Shown: positions 47,170 to 55,449 of the stretch, piece after piece
Layout: every line of letters begins with the position of its first letter
How positions within the stretch are numbered: the stretch's first letter is position 1
Origin: Rhodospirillales bacterium
Lineage (GTDB): Bacteria > Pseudomonadota > Alphaproteobacteria > Rhodospirillales > UBA2165
Direction: 5' to 3'
Length of the DNA: 59,090 bases
Assembly (NCBI GenBank): GCA_028823885.1
Contig: JAPPFK010000051.1
Span: 1-59,090 of the forward strand
The notes under the pieces: generated by a model
The model's input: only the letters and a program-made list of their open reading frames with translations
The model's database searches: none
Told to the model about the DNA's origin: nothing
Made by a program: the position numbers and the translations under genes

Positions 47170-47370
47170 ATGCCCTACGAAAAGATTCTCTGTGAGGCCG
47201 ACGACCGGATTGCGACCATCACCTTGAACATGCCCGACAGGCGGAACGCCCTCAGGTGGCCGATGCTCGACGAACTCAGCGACGCGCGGCGCGCCTCTCC
47301 TGCTCTGTCGACCCGACGACGCTGCGCAGACCATGACCCTGGCGGGAAATGCCGGCCGGGAACGCGTTCG
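47170..47370 (+). pseudogene. Truncated/frameshifted enoyl-CoA hydratase remnant
   Basis: The first ~39 codons (MPYEKILCEADDRIATITLNMPDRRNALRWPMLDELSDA) are a typical crotonase N-terminus, after which the frame degenerates. A shifted frame gives TLAGNAGRE (compare LTGAGRAF). The remainder is replaced by a minus-strand membrane-protein gene. Confidence 0.5.
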
Positions 47371-47826
47371 CTATCCGGCCGCGGTGTGGATGGGCGCGAG
47401 CCAGCCGACCATGAGACCGTACATGCCGTGGACGATACCGCTCGAAAACCAGGCCATCGGGTGAATGTGGCTGAGGAAGAACCCTTCCTTGAGAATGAAC
47501 GGCACGTAGAAAATGCCCGAGAAGAACCAAAGGATGGCGCCCCAGATCGCACCCTTGACGATCGGCTCGCCCGGCAGGTATTGGGCGACCACCGTTGAAT
47601 AGAGCAGCGCGAAGATGATGCCGTTGAAATAGATGACGATCATTCCGGCGAAATACGGCGGCTTGCCCTCGAACTGCTCGCCGTAGGTCAAGTTCGCCAT
47701 CGCGGTCGAGAAATCGAGGCGTGGCAGGCCGAGGCTTTGCAGCCACAGCGCGTTCGCCAGCAGCACATAACTTGCGAGGATACCCGCGATTATCGAGAGA
47801 AGAATGAAGCCGAGATCGAGTTCCAT
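47371..47826 (-). CDS. Small integral membrane protein (about 4 TM), unknown function
   Basis: Start MELDLGFILLSIIAGILASYVLL, with hydrophobic segments throughout. Confidence 0.6.
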   Translation of the reverse strand: MELDLGFILLSIIAGILASYVLLANALWLQSLGLPRLDFSTAMANLTYGEQFEGKPPYFAGMIVIYFNGIIFALLYSTVVAQYLPGEPIVKGAIWGAILWFFSGIFYVPFILKEGFFLSHIHPMAWFSSGIVHGMYGLMVGWLAPIHTAAG

Positions 47827-47890
47827 GAGAGCCTCCGCGTCTACCCGCCGGTTTGATTTGGTGCCGCCCTTCGGCGGCGTGGTTGTCCGT

Positions 47891-47929
47891 AAATAGCAAA
47901 ACGCGCCGGCATTGGCCACGCCGGCGCGC
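47891..47929 (-). terminator. Rho-independent terminator of the M24-COG0523-YciI-SDR transcription unit
   Basis: A 10-bp GC-rich stem (47901-47910 pairing with 47920-47929) and a 9-nt loop. On the minus strand it is followed by TTTGCTATTT. Confidence 0.6.
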
Positions 47930-47950
47930 TCCGCCGCATCATATTGTCAG

Positions 47951-48065
47951 CTAGAGCGTTTTCCGATCAGTTGCGGTCATAACGCAGCGGCGAACCCGCG
48001 CCACCAACCACAAATGCAAGCCATTGAAAACCATAAGGATTCCATCAGATCGGAAAACGCTCTAG
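47951..48065. repeat. Perfect 18-bp inverted repeat (CTAGAGCGTTTTCCGATC ... GATCGGAAAACGCTCTAG) with a 79-bp spacer
   Basis: Read directly from the sequence. The right arm overlaps the stop codon of the SDR gene, and the element sits in the 3' UTR before the terminator. Confidence 0.8.
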
Positions 48066-48847
48066 ATGTACTTCGAAAATCCGCCGCACACCTCGACGAC
48101 CGTACCGGTCTGATAGCTGTTTTTCTCAGACACGATCCACGCCGCCGCATCGCCGATCTCCTGGGGCTCCGCCCAGCGGCCGAGCATGGTCTGGGCCGAG
48201 ACGCCGTCGCGGACCTGGTCCGGGGTGACGCCCCGCATCTTCGCCATGCCCTCGGCCCTGGGCCCCCAGCTTTCGGTGTTGGTGAAGCCCGGGCAGATGG
48301 TGTTGACGGTGATCCCGTCCTTGCCGAGTTGCTCGGCCATCACCTTGGCGAAACCTTGGATCGCCGTATTGGGAATGGTGGTGGTCAAGGCGCCCGGCAA
48401 CAGTTGCTTGCCGGTAACGCCCGATACGTTGAGGACGCGGCCGGCGCTGGATTCCCGAAGGTGGGGAATCGCCGCCTTGGTGGTGTAGACGAACGACATC
48501 AGGTTCAGGTTCAAGACCGTGGCCCAGGTCGCCTCATCGAGGCTGTCGATGGTGCCGGGGATCATCCCGCCGACATTGTTGACGAGGATGTCCAGGCCGC
48601 CGAGGGCATCGACGGCATCATCGACGAACTTCTTGCAGCCGTCCTCGCTGGAGAGATCAACCAGAATGCCGACGGCCTTCACGCCCTTCGCTTCCATTTC
48701 CTTGACGGCCTGGTCGAGGCGGTCCTGGTTGCGGGCCGACAGCGCCACGTTGCACCCCTCATCGGCGAGCGAGCTGGCGATGGCATGACCAATTCCCTGA
48801 CTGGAACCGGTGATCGCCGCGTTCTTTCCTTTAAGACCCAAGTCCAT
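48062..48847 (-). CDS. SDR-family oxidoreductase
   Basis: Contains TGSSQGIG and NNVG, within a Rossmann fold. Confidence 0.85.
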   Translation of the reverse strand: MDLGLKGKNAAITGSSQGIGHAIASSLADEGCNVALSARNQDRLDQAVKEMEAKGVKAVGILVDLSSEDGCKKFVDDAVDALGGLDILVNNVGGMIPGTIDSLDEATWATVLNLNLMSFVYTTKAAIPHLRESSAGRVLNVSGVTGKQLLPGALTTTIPNTAIQGFAKVMAEQLGKDGITVNTICPGFTNTESWGPRAEGMAKMRGVTPDQVRDGVSAQTMLGRWAEPQEIGDAAAWIVSEKNSYQTGTVVEVCGGFSKYI

Positions 48848-48872
48848 AGTTCAGTTCTCCTTCGAAGTCCTA

Positions 48873-49160
48873 TTAATCTCTGTTGTCCACGCGTGCGACG
48901 AAGTGCCGCACCTCGACTGATTCCCAAATATCCGCCCGGCAAAGGGGATCATCCTCGAACATCCGATCGATGACGCCGCGGTTTTCGGCGTCCAGCATGT
49001 AAAGGCTGCCGATGATGTTCTCGCCCGCGTCATCCATCAGCGGTCCCGACATCACGTTCTTGAACGGCGCGCTCTCCAGGTACCGGCGGTGCGCATCCAT
49101 GGCGGCGGCGCGGGTCTCGGCCATACCCGGCTTGTCGATTGCGAAGATGACGAACAGCAT
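48873..49160 (-). CDS. YciI-family protein
   Basis: 95 aa. MLFVIFAIDKPG...HRRYL...GPL resembles the YciI-like pattern. The ATG follows GGAGGA. Confidence 0.7.
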   Translation of the reverse strand: MLFVIFAIDKPGMAETRAAAMDAHRRYLESAPFKNVMSGPLMDDAGENIIGSLYMLDAENRGVIDRMFEDDPLCRADIWESVEVRHFVARVDNRD

Positions 49161-49231
49161 GATGTCCTCCCTGATGCATGCCCGATTGAGGCAAGTGCTT
49201 GACGGATGGGCGGTATCCCCGCCTCTCAAAT

Positions 49232-50404
49232 CTAGTTGATGAGTCCCGGCGGCATGCCGGGGTGTCCGGCGGCCTGACCCGCGGCGGCCGTCCTGGCCGC
49301 CACGCGCTCGATCAGGCCGAGGGTATCTTCGATGTAGGCTTTGTCGATGTCGCGGGTAATGAAGACGATACGGGTCCGCCGGTCATCGCTCGGCCATTGG
49401 GTCAACCAGTCCAGCGAGTGGAAAATCTGCTGGGCGCCCTGGATGACCGCCGGCTGATCGGGCTTCTCATCCACATTGACGATTCCCTTTACCCGCAGCA
49501 GGTCGGGGCCGGCCTCATTGGCGAGCCCCTCCAGGAAGTTCCGCAGCATGTCGAGAGACATGGGCTCGTCCCGGGTCAGGCAAAACGTATTGATGGAAGA
49601 ATCGTGATTGTGATGCCGGTGGTGGTGTTCTTCCGGCGTGTGGCCGTGTTCCCGGTAATATGCGAGGGTTTCCTCGTCCATCTCATCCTCGGACGGCTCG
49701 GCGATCATGAGAGCCTCGGTTTCCTCGTATAGGTCGGGGTCGATCCAGCTCGCGAGGTCGATCTTCTTGGTTTCCGGATCGAACATGCCGGAGCCGAACA
49801 GATCGGACGGGTCAATCTCCTCGGTCGCCGTTTTGACGATGGGCGCCGCGGGATTCAGCGAGCGCAATTTGCCGGTCAGTTCATCCACCTTCTCCCGGCC
49901 CTCGGTGTCTGTCACCAGATCCACCTTGGTGACGATAATCCGGTCGGCGACGGCCGCCTGTTTGACGCATTCCGTGAAGCGATCGATGGAGGACAGGCCA
50001 TTGACGGCGTCCACGGTCGTCACGACGCCGTCCAGCGAATAGTGGTTCACAACCATCGGATTGGTGAAGACGATCTGCAGGATCGGCATGGGGTCGGCGA
50101 TGCCGGTGGTTTCGATCACCACCCGGTCGAAGTGAGGGATGGTCCCCGCATTCCGCTGGATATGAAGATCGCGGAACGTATCGATCAGGTCGCTTTTGAC
50201 GGAGCAGCAGAGGCAGCCGTTGGCCAACTGCACAACCGAATCATCCGCCCGTTCGATAAGATCATAGTCGAGGCCGATCTCGCCGAACTCGTTGACGATC
50301 ACCGCGGCTTTGCTCATGGCGGGGTGGTGCAGCAGGGTGTTGAGGAGCGTCGTCTTGCCGCTCCCCAGGAAACCGGTGATCAACGTGACCCAAATCTTGT
50401 CCAT
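49232..50404 (-). CDS. COG0523 (CobW/G3E) GTPase metallochaperone
   Basis: Walker A GFLGSGKTTLLN, the CxCC metal motif GCLCCS, and a His-rich insert HGHTPEEHHHRHHNHD. Confidence 0.88.
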   Translation of the reverse strand: MDKIWVTLITGFLGSGKTTLLNTLLHHPAMSKAAVIVNEFGEIGLDYDLIERADDSVVQLANGCLCCSVKSDLIDTFRDLHIQRNAGTIPHFDRVVIETTGIADPMPILQIVFTNPMVVNHYSLDGVVTTVDAVNGLSSIDRFTECVKQAAVADRIIVTKVDLVTDTEGREKVDELTGKLRSLNPAAPIVKTATEEIDPSDLFGSGMFDPETKKIDLASWIDPDLYEETEALMIAEPSEDEMDEETLAYYREHGHTPEEHHHRHHNHDSSINTFCLTRDEPMSLDMLRNFLEGLANEAGPDLLRVKGIVNVDEKPDQPAVIQGAQQIFHSLDWLTQWPSDDRRTRIVFITRDIDKAYIEDTLGLIERVAARTAAAGQAAGHPGMPPGLIN

Positions 50405-50437
50405 GGGGCGCCGGTCCTCCTCCGCTGCCCTCGCGGC

Positions 50438-51691
50438 CTAGTAGATCTCGCAGCCCGGCAGGCCGCACGAGATCAGGTGATCGGACGGGAAGTTGGTGAT
50501 GATCTCGCAGCCGTCGTCGGTGACGACGACCTCTTCCTCGATCCGAGCGGCGCCCGAGCCGTCCTCGGCGCCTTTCCAGCACTCGACGGCGAAGACCATG
50601 CCCTTCTTGAGCTCGGTCTTCTGACCCATGTAGCGGCGCGAGATGATCGGCCGCTCCCACAGGCTCAAGCCGACGCCGTGGCCGAACTGCAGCAGGAAGG
50701 CCTCGTCTTCGTTGGCGTAGCCGAATTCTTCCGCCTTGGGCCAGGCCAAGGCGATATCGTCGATGCTGGCGCCCGGCTTGATCTGTTCGATGGCCGCGTT
50801 CACCCATTGGGAGCAGATTTCGTAGGCTTCTATTTGCGCCTCGTTGGGCTGACCGCAAATGAAGGTGCGGTAGTAGCACGTGTGGTAGCCGTTGAAGCTG
50901 TGCATGATGTCCAGGAAGATCATGTCGCCCGGCTGGATCATACGGTCGGAGAAGGTGTGAGAGTGCGGCGCGCCGCGGGGGCCCGCCACCGAATTCACGC
51001 ACTCCACCCGCTCGGAGCCCATGGCATAGAGCTGATCATTGGCGATGGCCACAAGGTCGCTCTCCTTGTTGCCGGGCCGGATGGCCTTGGCGATGTCGAG
51101 ATAGACCGCGTCGACCATGGCCGCGGCGACCTTCAGGAGCTCGATCTCCTCTTCGGTTTTCACCTCGCGGGCATCCATCAGCGCCTGCTGGCCGTCAACG
51201 ACTTCGACGCCTTCGGCCTCGAGGGCGCGCAGCATGGGCAGTTCCATGACATCGATCGCAAGGGGTTGTTTCTCGATGCCCAGTTCGACCATCTTTTCCT
51301 TGATCTGCTTCGCGAAGACGTCCTGCACGCCATGCTCCGGCGGGATCGCGCCCTGCATGGTGGAAACCGGCGCATCGATCCGGTTGCCGAGCCAGGGAGA
51401 CGCCTTCTTCTTCGCCGGCGGCGCCGGATCCCAAAGGAACGGCGCGGAGTCCGTCGGCGCGAGGCAATAGCGGTCGAATTTGTCCCGGCCCCACTCGCCG
51501 ATGTGCGTGGACGTGATATAGCGGATATTGTCGAAGTTGAAGCACAACAGCGCGCCAAAACCGTGATCGGCGCAGGCGGCCTGGGCGCGCGACAGCCGGT
51601 CGTCATGAAGCTTCCGGTAGTCAATACCCGCTTCCCAGTCCTTGGCCATGGTGCCCCAGGTTGCGGTCGATCGTGGTGCGGTATAGTGCAT
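50438..51691 (-). CDS. M24-family metallohydrolase (creatinase/prolidase/DddP-like architecture)
   Basis: GGAGG lies 5-6 nt upstream of the start. A creatinase-like N-domain (LLCFNFDNIRYITSTH) and a pita-bread C-domain (DIMHSFNGY..., FGHGVGLSLWE, VFAVE). Confidence 0.8.
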   Translation of the reverse strand: MHYTAPRSTATWGTMAKDWEAGIDYRKLHDDRLSRAQAACADHGFGALLCFNFDNIRYITSTHIGEWGRDKFDRYCLAPTDSAPFLWDPAPPAKKKASPWLGNRIDAPVSTMQGAIPPEHGVQDVFAKQIKEKMVELGIEKQPLAIDVMELPMLRALEAEGVEVVDGQQALMDAREVKTEEEIELLKVAAAMVDAVYLDIAKAIRPGNKESDLVAIANDQLYAMGSERVECVNSVAGPRGAPHSHTFSDRMIQPGDMIFLDIMHSFNGYHTCYYRTFICGQPNEAQIEAYEICSQWVNAAIEQIKPGASIDDIALAWPKAEEFGYANEDEAFLLQFGHGVGLSLWERPIISRRYMGQKTELKKGMVFAVECWKGAEDGSGAARIEEEVVVTDDGCEIITNFPSDHLISCGLPGCEIY

Positions 51692-51873
51692 GACGTACCT
51701 CCGAGCTATCGTTCAACGGCCGCCGTTTTCAGGCGGCGCCGAGTTCCCTGTATTCAAGATGATGGCGCCGAATCCGTCCACCGGTATTTCGCTTGCCGCC
51801 TCGGGTGATATCCCCGCCAAAACACCGACCAAGCTTGGACTTTGTCCCCGATCGCCAATTTATTCTTGAATTA

Positions 51874-51887
51874 TGCAATCGATTGCA
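51874..51887. promoter_or_regulatory. LacI/GalR-type operator, perfect palindrome TGCAATCGATTGCA
   Basis: It matches the family core TGnAAnCGnTTnCA. It sits within the spacer of a candidate promoter (TTGAAT-17 nt-AATGAT) in the divergent region between the M24 operon and the E1alpha operon. Confidence 0.55.
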
Positions 51888-52087
51888 CAATGATCGTGAA
51901 AATGCACCATGCGGGCTCCCGGGTCAAGATGCGAAACGGGGACCGCAAAAAATAGGGCGGAAATCCGTCGATCAGCTGAACGCAGGGGGAAGCCGCGAAA
52001 ATTCCGTCAGCACCCAATTCCCAATGGGCGTCCTAAAGACGCCATCCATACGTTTCTTCCAGGCTCCATCAGGAGAGGACCGAACCA

Positions 52088-53173
52088 TTGGCACGAAAAA
52101 CGAAAACCACCTCCCGATCGTCGACGAAATCGTCGAGCCGATCTTCGAAGCCGGCCAAGGCCAAGCCGCGCGGCGCGGCACGTCTGAACGACGATATCGG
52201 GGAAGAAAACCGGCTCGATATGTGGCGGCTGCAGCTCGAGGTCCGGCATCTGGAGCAGCGGGCCCATGACCTGTTCTTGCAGAATCTGATCAAGGGGACG
52301 AGCCACCTCGCCGTCGGCCAGGAAGCCATCGCCGCCGGCTGCGCGACGGCCATGCGGCCGGGCGACTACACGTTCTGCACCTACCGCGGCCACGCGCATA
52401 CCCTGGTCCGGGGCGCGTCCATGACCGGCGTGCTCGGCGAACTGATGGGCAAGGAGTGCGGCCTGCTGCAGGGCAAGGGCGGCTCCATGCACCTGACCGA
52501 CGCCGAAAAGGGCGCCATGGGCTCCTACGCCATCATCGGCGCCCACCTGCCGATCGCCGCCGGCGCGGCGTGGGCGGCGCAATACAACAAGACGGGCGCG
52601 GTTTCCTTCTGCTTCTTCGGTGACGGCACCACCAACATCGGCGCCTTCCACGAGGCGCTGAACTTTGCCGTGATCTGGAAGCTGCCGGTGGTCTTCGTCT
52701 GTGAGAACAACTTCTACATGGAATACACCCCCATCGGCGAGGTGACGGCCGTCGAGCATCCGGCGGCCGACCGGGCCGGCGCCTATGGCCTGGAGCCCAT
52801 CATCGTCGACGGCAACGACGCCGATGCCGTGTACCGGGTCGCCAGGGCGGCGGTCGACAAGGCGGTCGCCGGCGACGGGCCCTCGCTGATCGAGGCCGAG
52901 ACTTACCGGCACTACGGCCACTCCCGCGCCGACCCGGCAACCTACCGGCCCGACAAGGAGGTCGAGGAGTGGATGGCGAAGGACCCGATCCCCATGTACC
53001 GCAGCCGCCTGCTGGAGTTCGGCGTGCCGGAAAAAGTCGTCGGCGATATCGAGAAAAGCGTCCTCAAGGCGGTTAACGACGCAACCGAAGAAGCAAAGGC
53101 GTCCCCCATTCCTCGTGATGAACTTGCGCTTACGGACGTCTGGGCGGATGGAGGCTCGGCATGGCGGAACTAA
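52088..53173 (+). CDS. 2-oxoacid/acetoin dehydrogenase E1 component, alpha subunit (ThDP-dependent)
   Basis: GTSHLAVGQEAIAAG, YRGHAH and FFGDGTTNIGAFHEALNFA (ThDP motif). The proposed TTG start is 9 nt after AGGAGAGG and gives a Lys/Ser-rich N-terminal tail, so the start is uncertain. Confidence 0.8.
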   Translation: MARKTKTTSRSSTKSSSRSSKPAKAKPRGAARLNDDIGEENRLDMWRLQLEVRHLEQRAHDLFLQNLIKGTSHLAVGQEAIAAGCATAMRPGDYTFCTYRGHAHTLVRGASMTGVLGELMGKECGLLQGKGGSMHLTDAEKGAMGSYAIIGAHLPIAAGAAWAAQYNKTGAVSFCFFGDGTTNIGAFHEALNFAVIWKLPVVFVCENNFYMEYTPIGEVTAVEHPAADRAGAYGLEPIIVDGNDADAVYRVARAAVDKAVAGDGPSLIEAETYRHYGHSRADPATYRPDKEVEEWMAKDPIPMYRSRLLEFGVPEKVVGDIEKSVLKAVNDATEEAKASPIPRDELALTDVWADGGSAWRN

Positions 53174-54138
53174 CCTACCGGGAAGCGGTCGCCGACGCGA
53201 TCGCCCAGGAAATGGAGCGGGACGACAAGGTCGTGTTCCTCGGCGAGGACATCGCCAAGGCGGGCGGCGTGTTCAAGACCACCGTCGGGCTCTACGACAA
53301 ATTCGGTCCCGACCGGGTGCGCGATACGCCGATCTCCGAGCAGGCCATCTTGGGCGCCGCCATGGGTGCGGCGATGACCGGCCTGCGTCCCATTGCCGAG
53401 ATCATGTTTTCGGACTTCTTCGCGGTCTGCTGGGACATCGTCGTCAACCAGATCGCCAAGACCCGCTACATGACCGGCGGCCAGGTGACCATGCCCTTGG
53501 TCATCCGAAGCGCCAACGGCGGCGGCGTCCGGTTCGGCGCGCAGCACTCCCAATCCATCGAGAACTGGGCGATGATGATTCCGGGGCTCAAGGTCATTGC
53601 GCCGTCGACCCCGGCCGACGTCAAGGGACTGCTGGCGGCATCGATCCGCGACCCCGATCCCGTGATTTTCTTCGAACAGAAGTCCCTCTACGGCGACAAG
53701 GGCGAAATTCCCGACGGCGAGCACGTGGACGAACTCGGCACCGCGAAAGTGGTGCGGGACGGAGCCGACGCGGTCATTTACGCGCTGGCCGCCATGGTGC
53801 CGCGGTCGATCAGGGCGGCGGAAAGGCTCGAGGCGGATCTCGGCATCAGGGCATCGGTGGTCGATGTCCGGAGCCTGGTGCCGCTGGATACCCGAACCAT
53901 CTTCTCCGAGTTCAGGAAATCCGGCCGCGCCTTCACCGTCGAGGAAAATCCGCGCCTTTGCGGCTGGGGCGCCGAAATATCGTCCCTGATCACCGAAGAG
54001 TGCTTCTGGGACATGGACCTGCCCGTGACCCGGATCACGACGCCCCATATCCCGCTGGCGTCCGCCGACAACCTCGAGGATCAGATGATCCCGTCGGTGG
54101 ACCGCATCTATGAAACCGTTCGCGCGGGGCTCGACTGA
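53161..54138 (+). CDS. 2-oxoacid/acetoin dehydrogenase E1 component, beta subunit
   Basis: LTYREAVADAIAQEMERDDKVVFLGEDI...RVRDTPISEQA is canonical E1beta. It overlaps the E1alpha gene by 13 nt. Confidence 0.9.
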   Translation: MAELTYREAVADAIAQEMERDDKVVFLGEDIAKAGGVFKTTVGLYDKFGPDRVRDTPISEQAILGAAMGAAMTGLRPIAEIMFSDFFAVCWDIVVNQIAKTRYMTGGQVTMPLVIRSANGGGVRFGAQHSQSIENWAMMIPGLKVIAPSTPADVKGLLAASIRDPDPVIFFEQKSLYGDKGEIPDGEHVDELGTAKVVRDGADAVIYALAAMVPRSIRAAERLEADLGIRASVVDVRSLVPLDTRTIFSEFRKSGRAFTVEENPRLCGWGAEISSLITEECFWDMDLPVTRITTPHIPLASADNLEDQMIPSVDRIYETVRAGLD

Positions 54139-54139
54139 C

Positions 54140-55387
54140 ATGGATGTGTTGATGCCCCAACTCGGGGAAACGGTCTCCGAGGGAACCGTCACCATGTGGC
54201 ACAAACAGGTGGGGGACGAGGTCGAAGCCGACGAAGTGCTGCTGGAGATCGGTACGGACAAGGTGGAGATGGAAATCCCCGCGCCGGTTTCCGGCGTGGT
54301 TGCCGAGATCCGTGTCGAGGCCGGTTCCACGGTCGATGTCGGAACGACGGTCGCCGTCATCGACGACGGCGCCGACGCGTCGGAGGCGGCACCCGCTCCC
54401 GCCGCCGAGCCGGAACCCGCGGCTCCGGCACCCGAACCTTCGCCCGCCCCCGCGGCGGCGGCGGCCGGCGCGCCCGATCGCAATCGCAACATGAAGCTTT
54501 CGCCGGCGGTACGGAAACTGATCGGCGACAACGATCTGGACCCCGCGGCCATCGGCGGGACCGGCCGGGACGGCCGGATTACCCGCGCGGATGTCCTGTC
54601 GTACCTGAAGGGATCGCCCGCACCGGCGCCCGCGGCGTTGCCGGCGCCTGTCCAATCCCGCCCGCCCGCGGGGCCCGGCGGCAAGACCGTCATTCCGTTC
54701 GATTACCGGCGCAGGATGACCGCCGAACACATGGTCCGCTCCAAGGCGACGAGCCCGCACGTCCTGCAGGCGGTCGAAGCGGACTTCTCGAACGTCGACA
54801 AGGCCCGCCGGTCGATGAGCGCCGAATGGAAGGCCAAGGAGGGTTTCTCGCTGACCTTCATGCCGTTTATCGCCAAGGCGGTGTGCGAGGCCATCCGGGA
54901 CTATCCCCATATCAATGCGCACGTCGAGGATGAGAGCCTCGTGGTCTACGACGCCGTTCATCTCGGCGTTGCCATCGACCTCGATTTTCAGGGACTGGTG
55001 GCGCCCGTCGTCAAACACGCGGACCGGCGGTCCGTCCCGGACCTCTCCCGGGCGTTCAACGACCTGGCCCAACGGGCCCGGAGCGACGGTCTCGGTCCCG
55101 AAGAGCTATCGGGCGGCACCTACACCATCACCAACAACGGCTCTTTCGGAACGCTGATTACCGCGCCGATCATCAACCAGCCCCAGGTGGCCATCCTGTC
55201 GACCGACGCCATCGCCAAGAAGCCGGTCGCCATCGACGTGGACGGCGAAGACATGATCGCCATCCGGCCGGTCGGCATGCTGGCGCAATCCTTCGACCAC
55301 CGGGCCATCGATGGCGCCTATTCGGCTTCCTTCCTGAAACGGGTCAAGGAAATCATAGAAGGCCGTGACTGGCGCGCGGCGTTCTGA
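54140..55387 (+). CDS. Dihydrolipoamide acyltransferase (E2)
   Basis: A lipoyl domain (LLEIGTDKVEMEIPAP), an Ala/Pro linker, a subunit-binding domain (LSPAVRKLI...GTGRDGRITRADV) and a catalytic DHRAIDG motif. Confidence 0.9.
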   Translation: MDVLMPQLGETVSEGTVTMWHKQVGDEVEADEVLLEIGTDKVEMEIPAPVSGVVAEIRVEAGSTVDVGTTVAVIDDGADASEAAPAPAAEPEPAAPAPEPSPAPAAAAAGAPDRNRNMKLSPAVRKLIGDNDLDPAAIGGTGRDGRITRADVLSYLKGSPAPAPAALPAPVQSRPPAGPGGKTVIPFDYRRRMTAEHMVRSKATSPHVLQAVEADFSNVDKARRSMSAEWKAKEGFSLTFMPFIAKAVCEAIRDYPHINAHVEDESLVVYDAVHLGVAIDLDFQGLVAPVVKHADRRSVPDLSRAFNDLAQRARSDGLGPEELSGGTYTITNNGSFGTLITAPIINQPQVAILSTDAIAKKPVAIDVDGEDMIAIRPVGMLAQSFDHRAIDGAYSASFLKRVKEIIEGRDWRAAF

Positions 55388-55449
55388 TTTGATCCGGCCC
55401 GGTTTGCCCTTCACCGCCGGCGGTGCCGGCTACACTTGAGGTGTGTCTG

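Noticed and set aside
50438-51691. Calling the M24 protein a DMSP lyase (DddP), and the HIBADH paralogues 3-hydroxypropionate dehydrogenases of a DMSP/acrylate pathway.
   Set aside because: My similarity to DddP rests on remembered motif resemblance (..NIRY.T.S.. and ..HGVGL..). It cannot be distinguished from creatinase, ectoine hydrolase or prolidase clades without a phylogeny. LacI-type control also does not particularly support DMSP.
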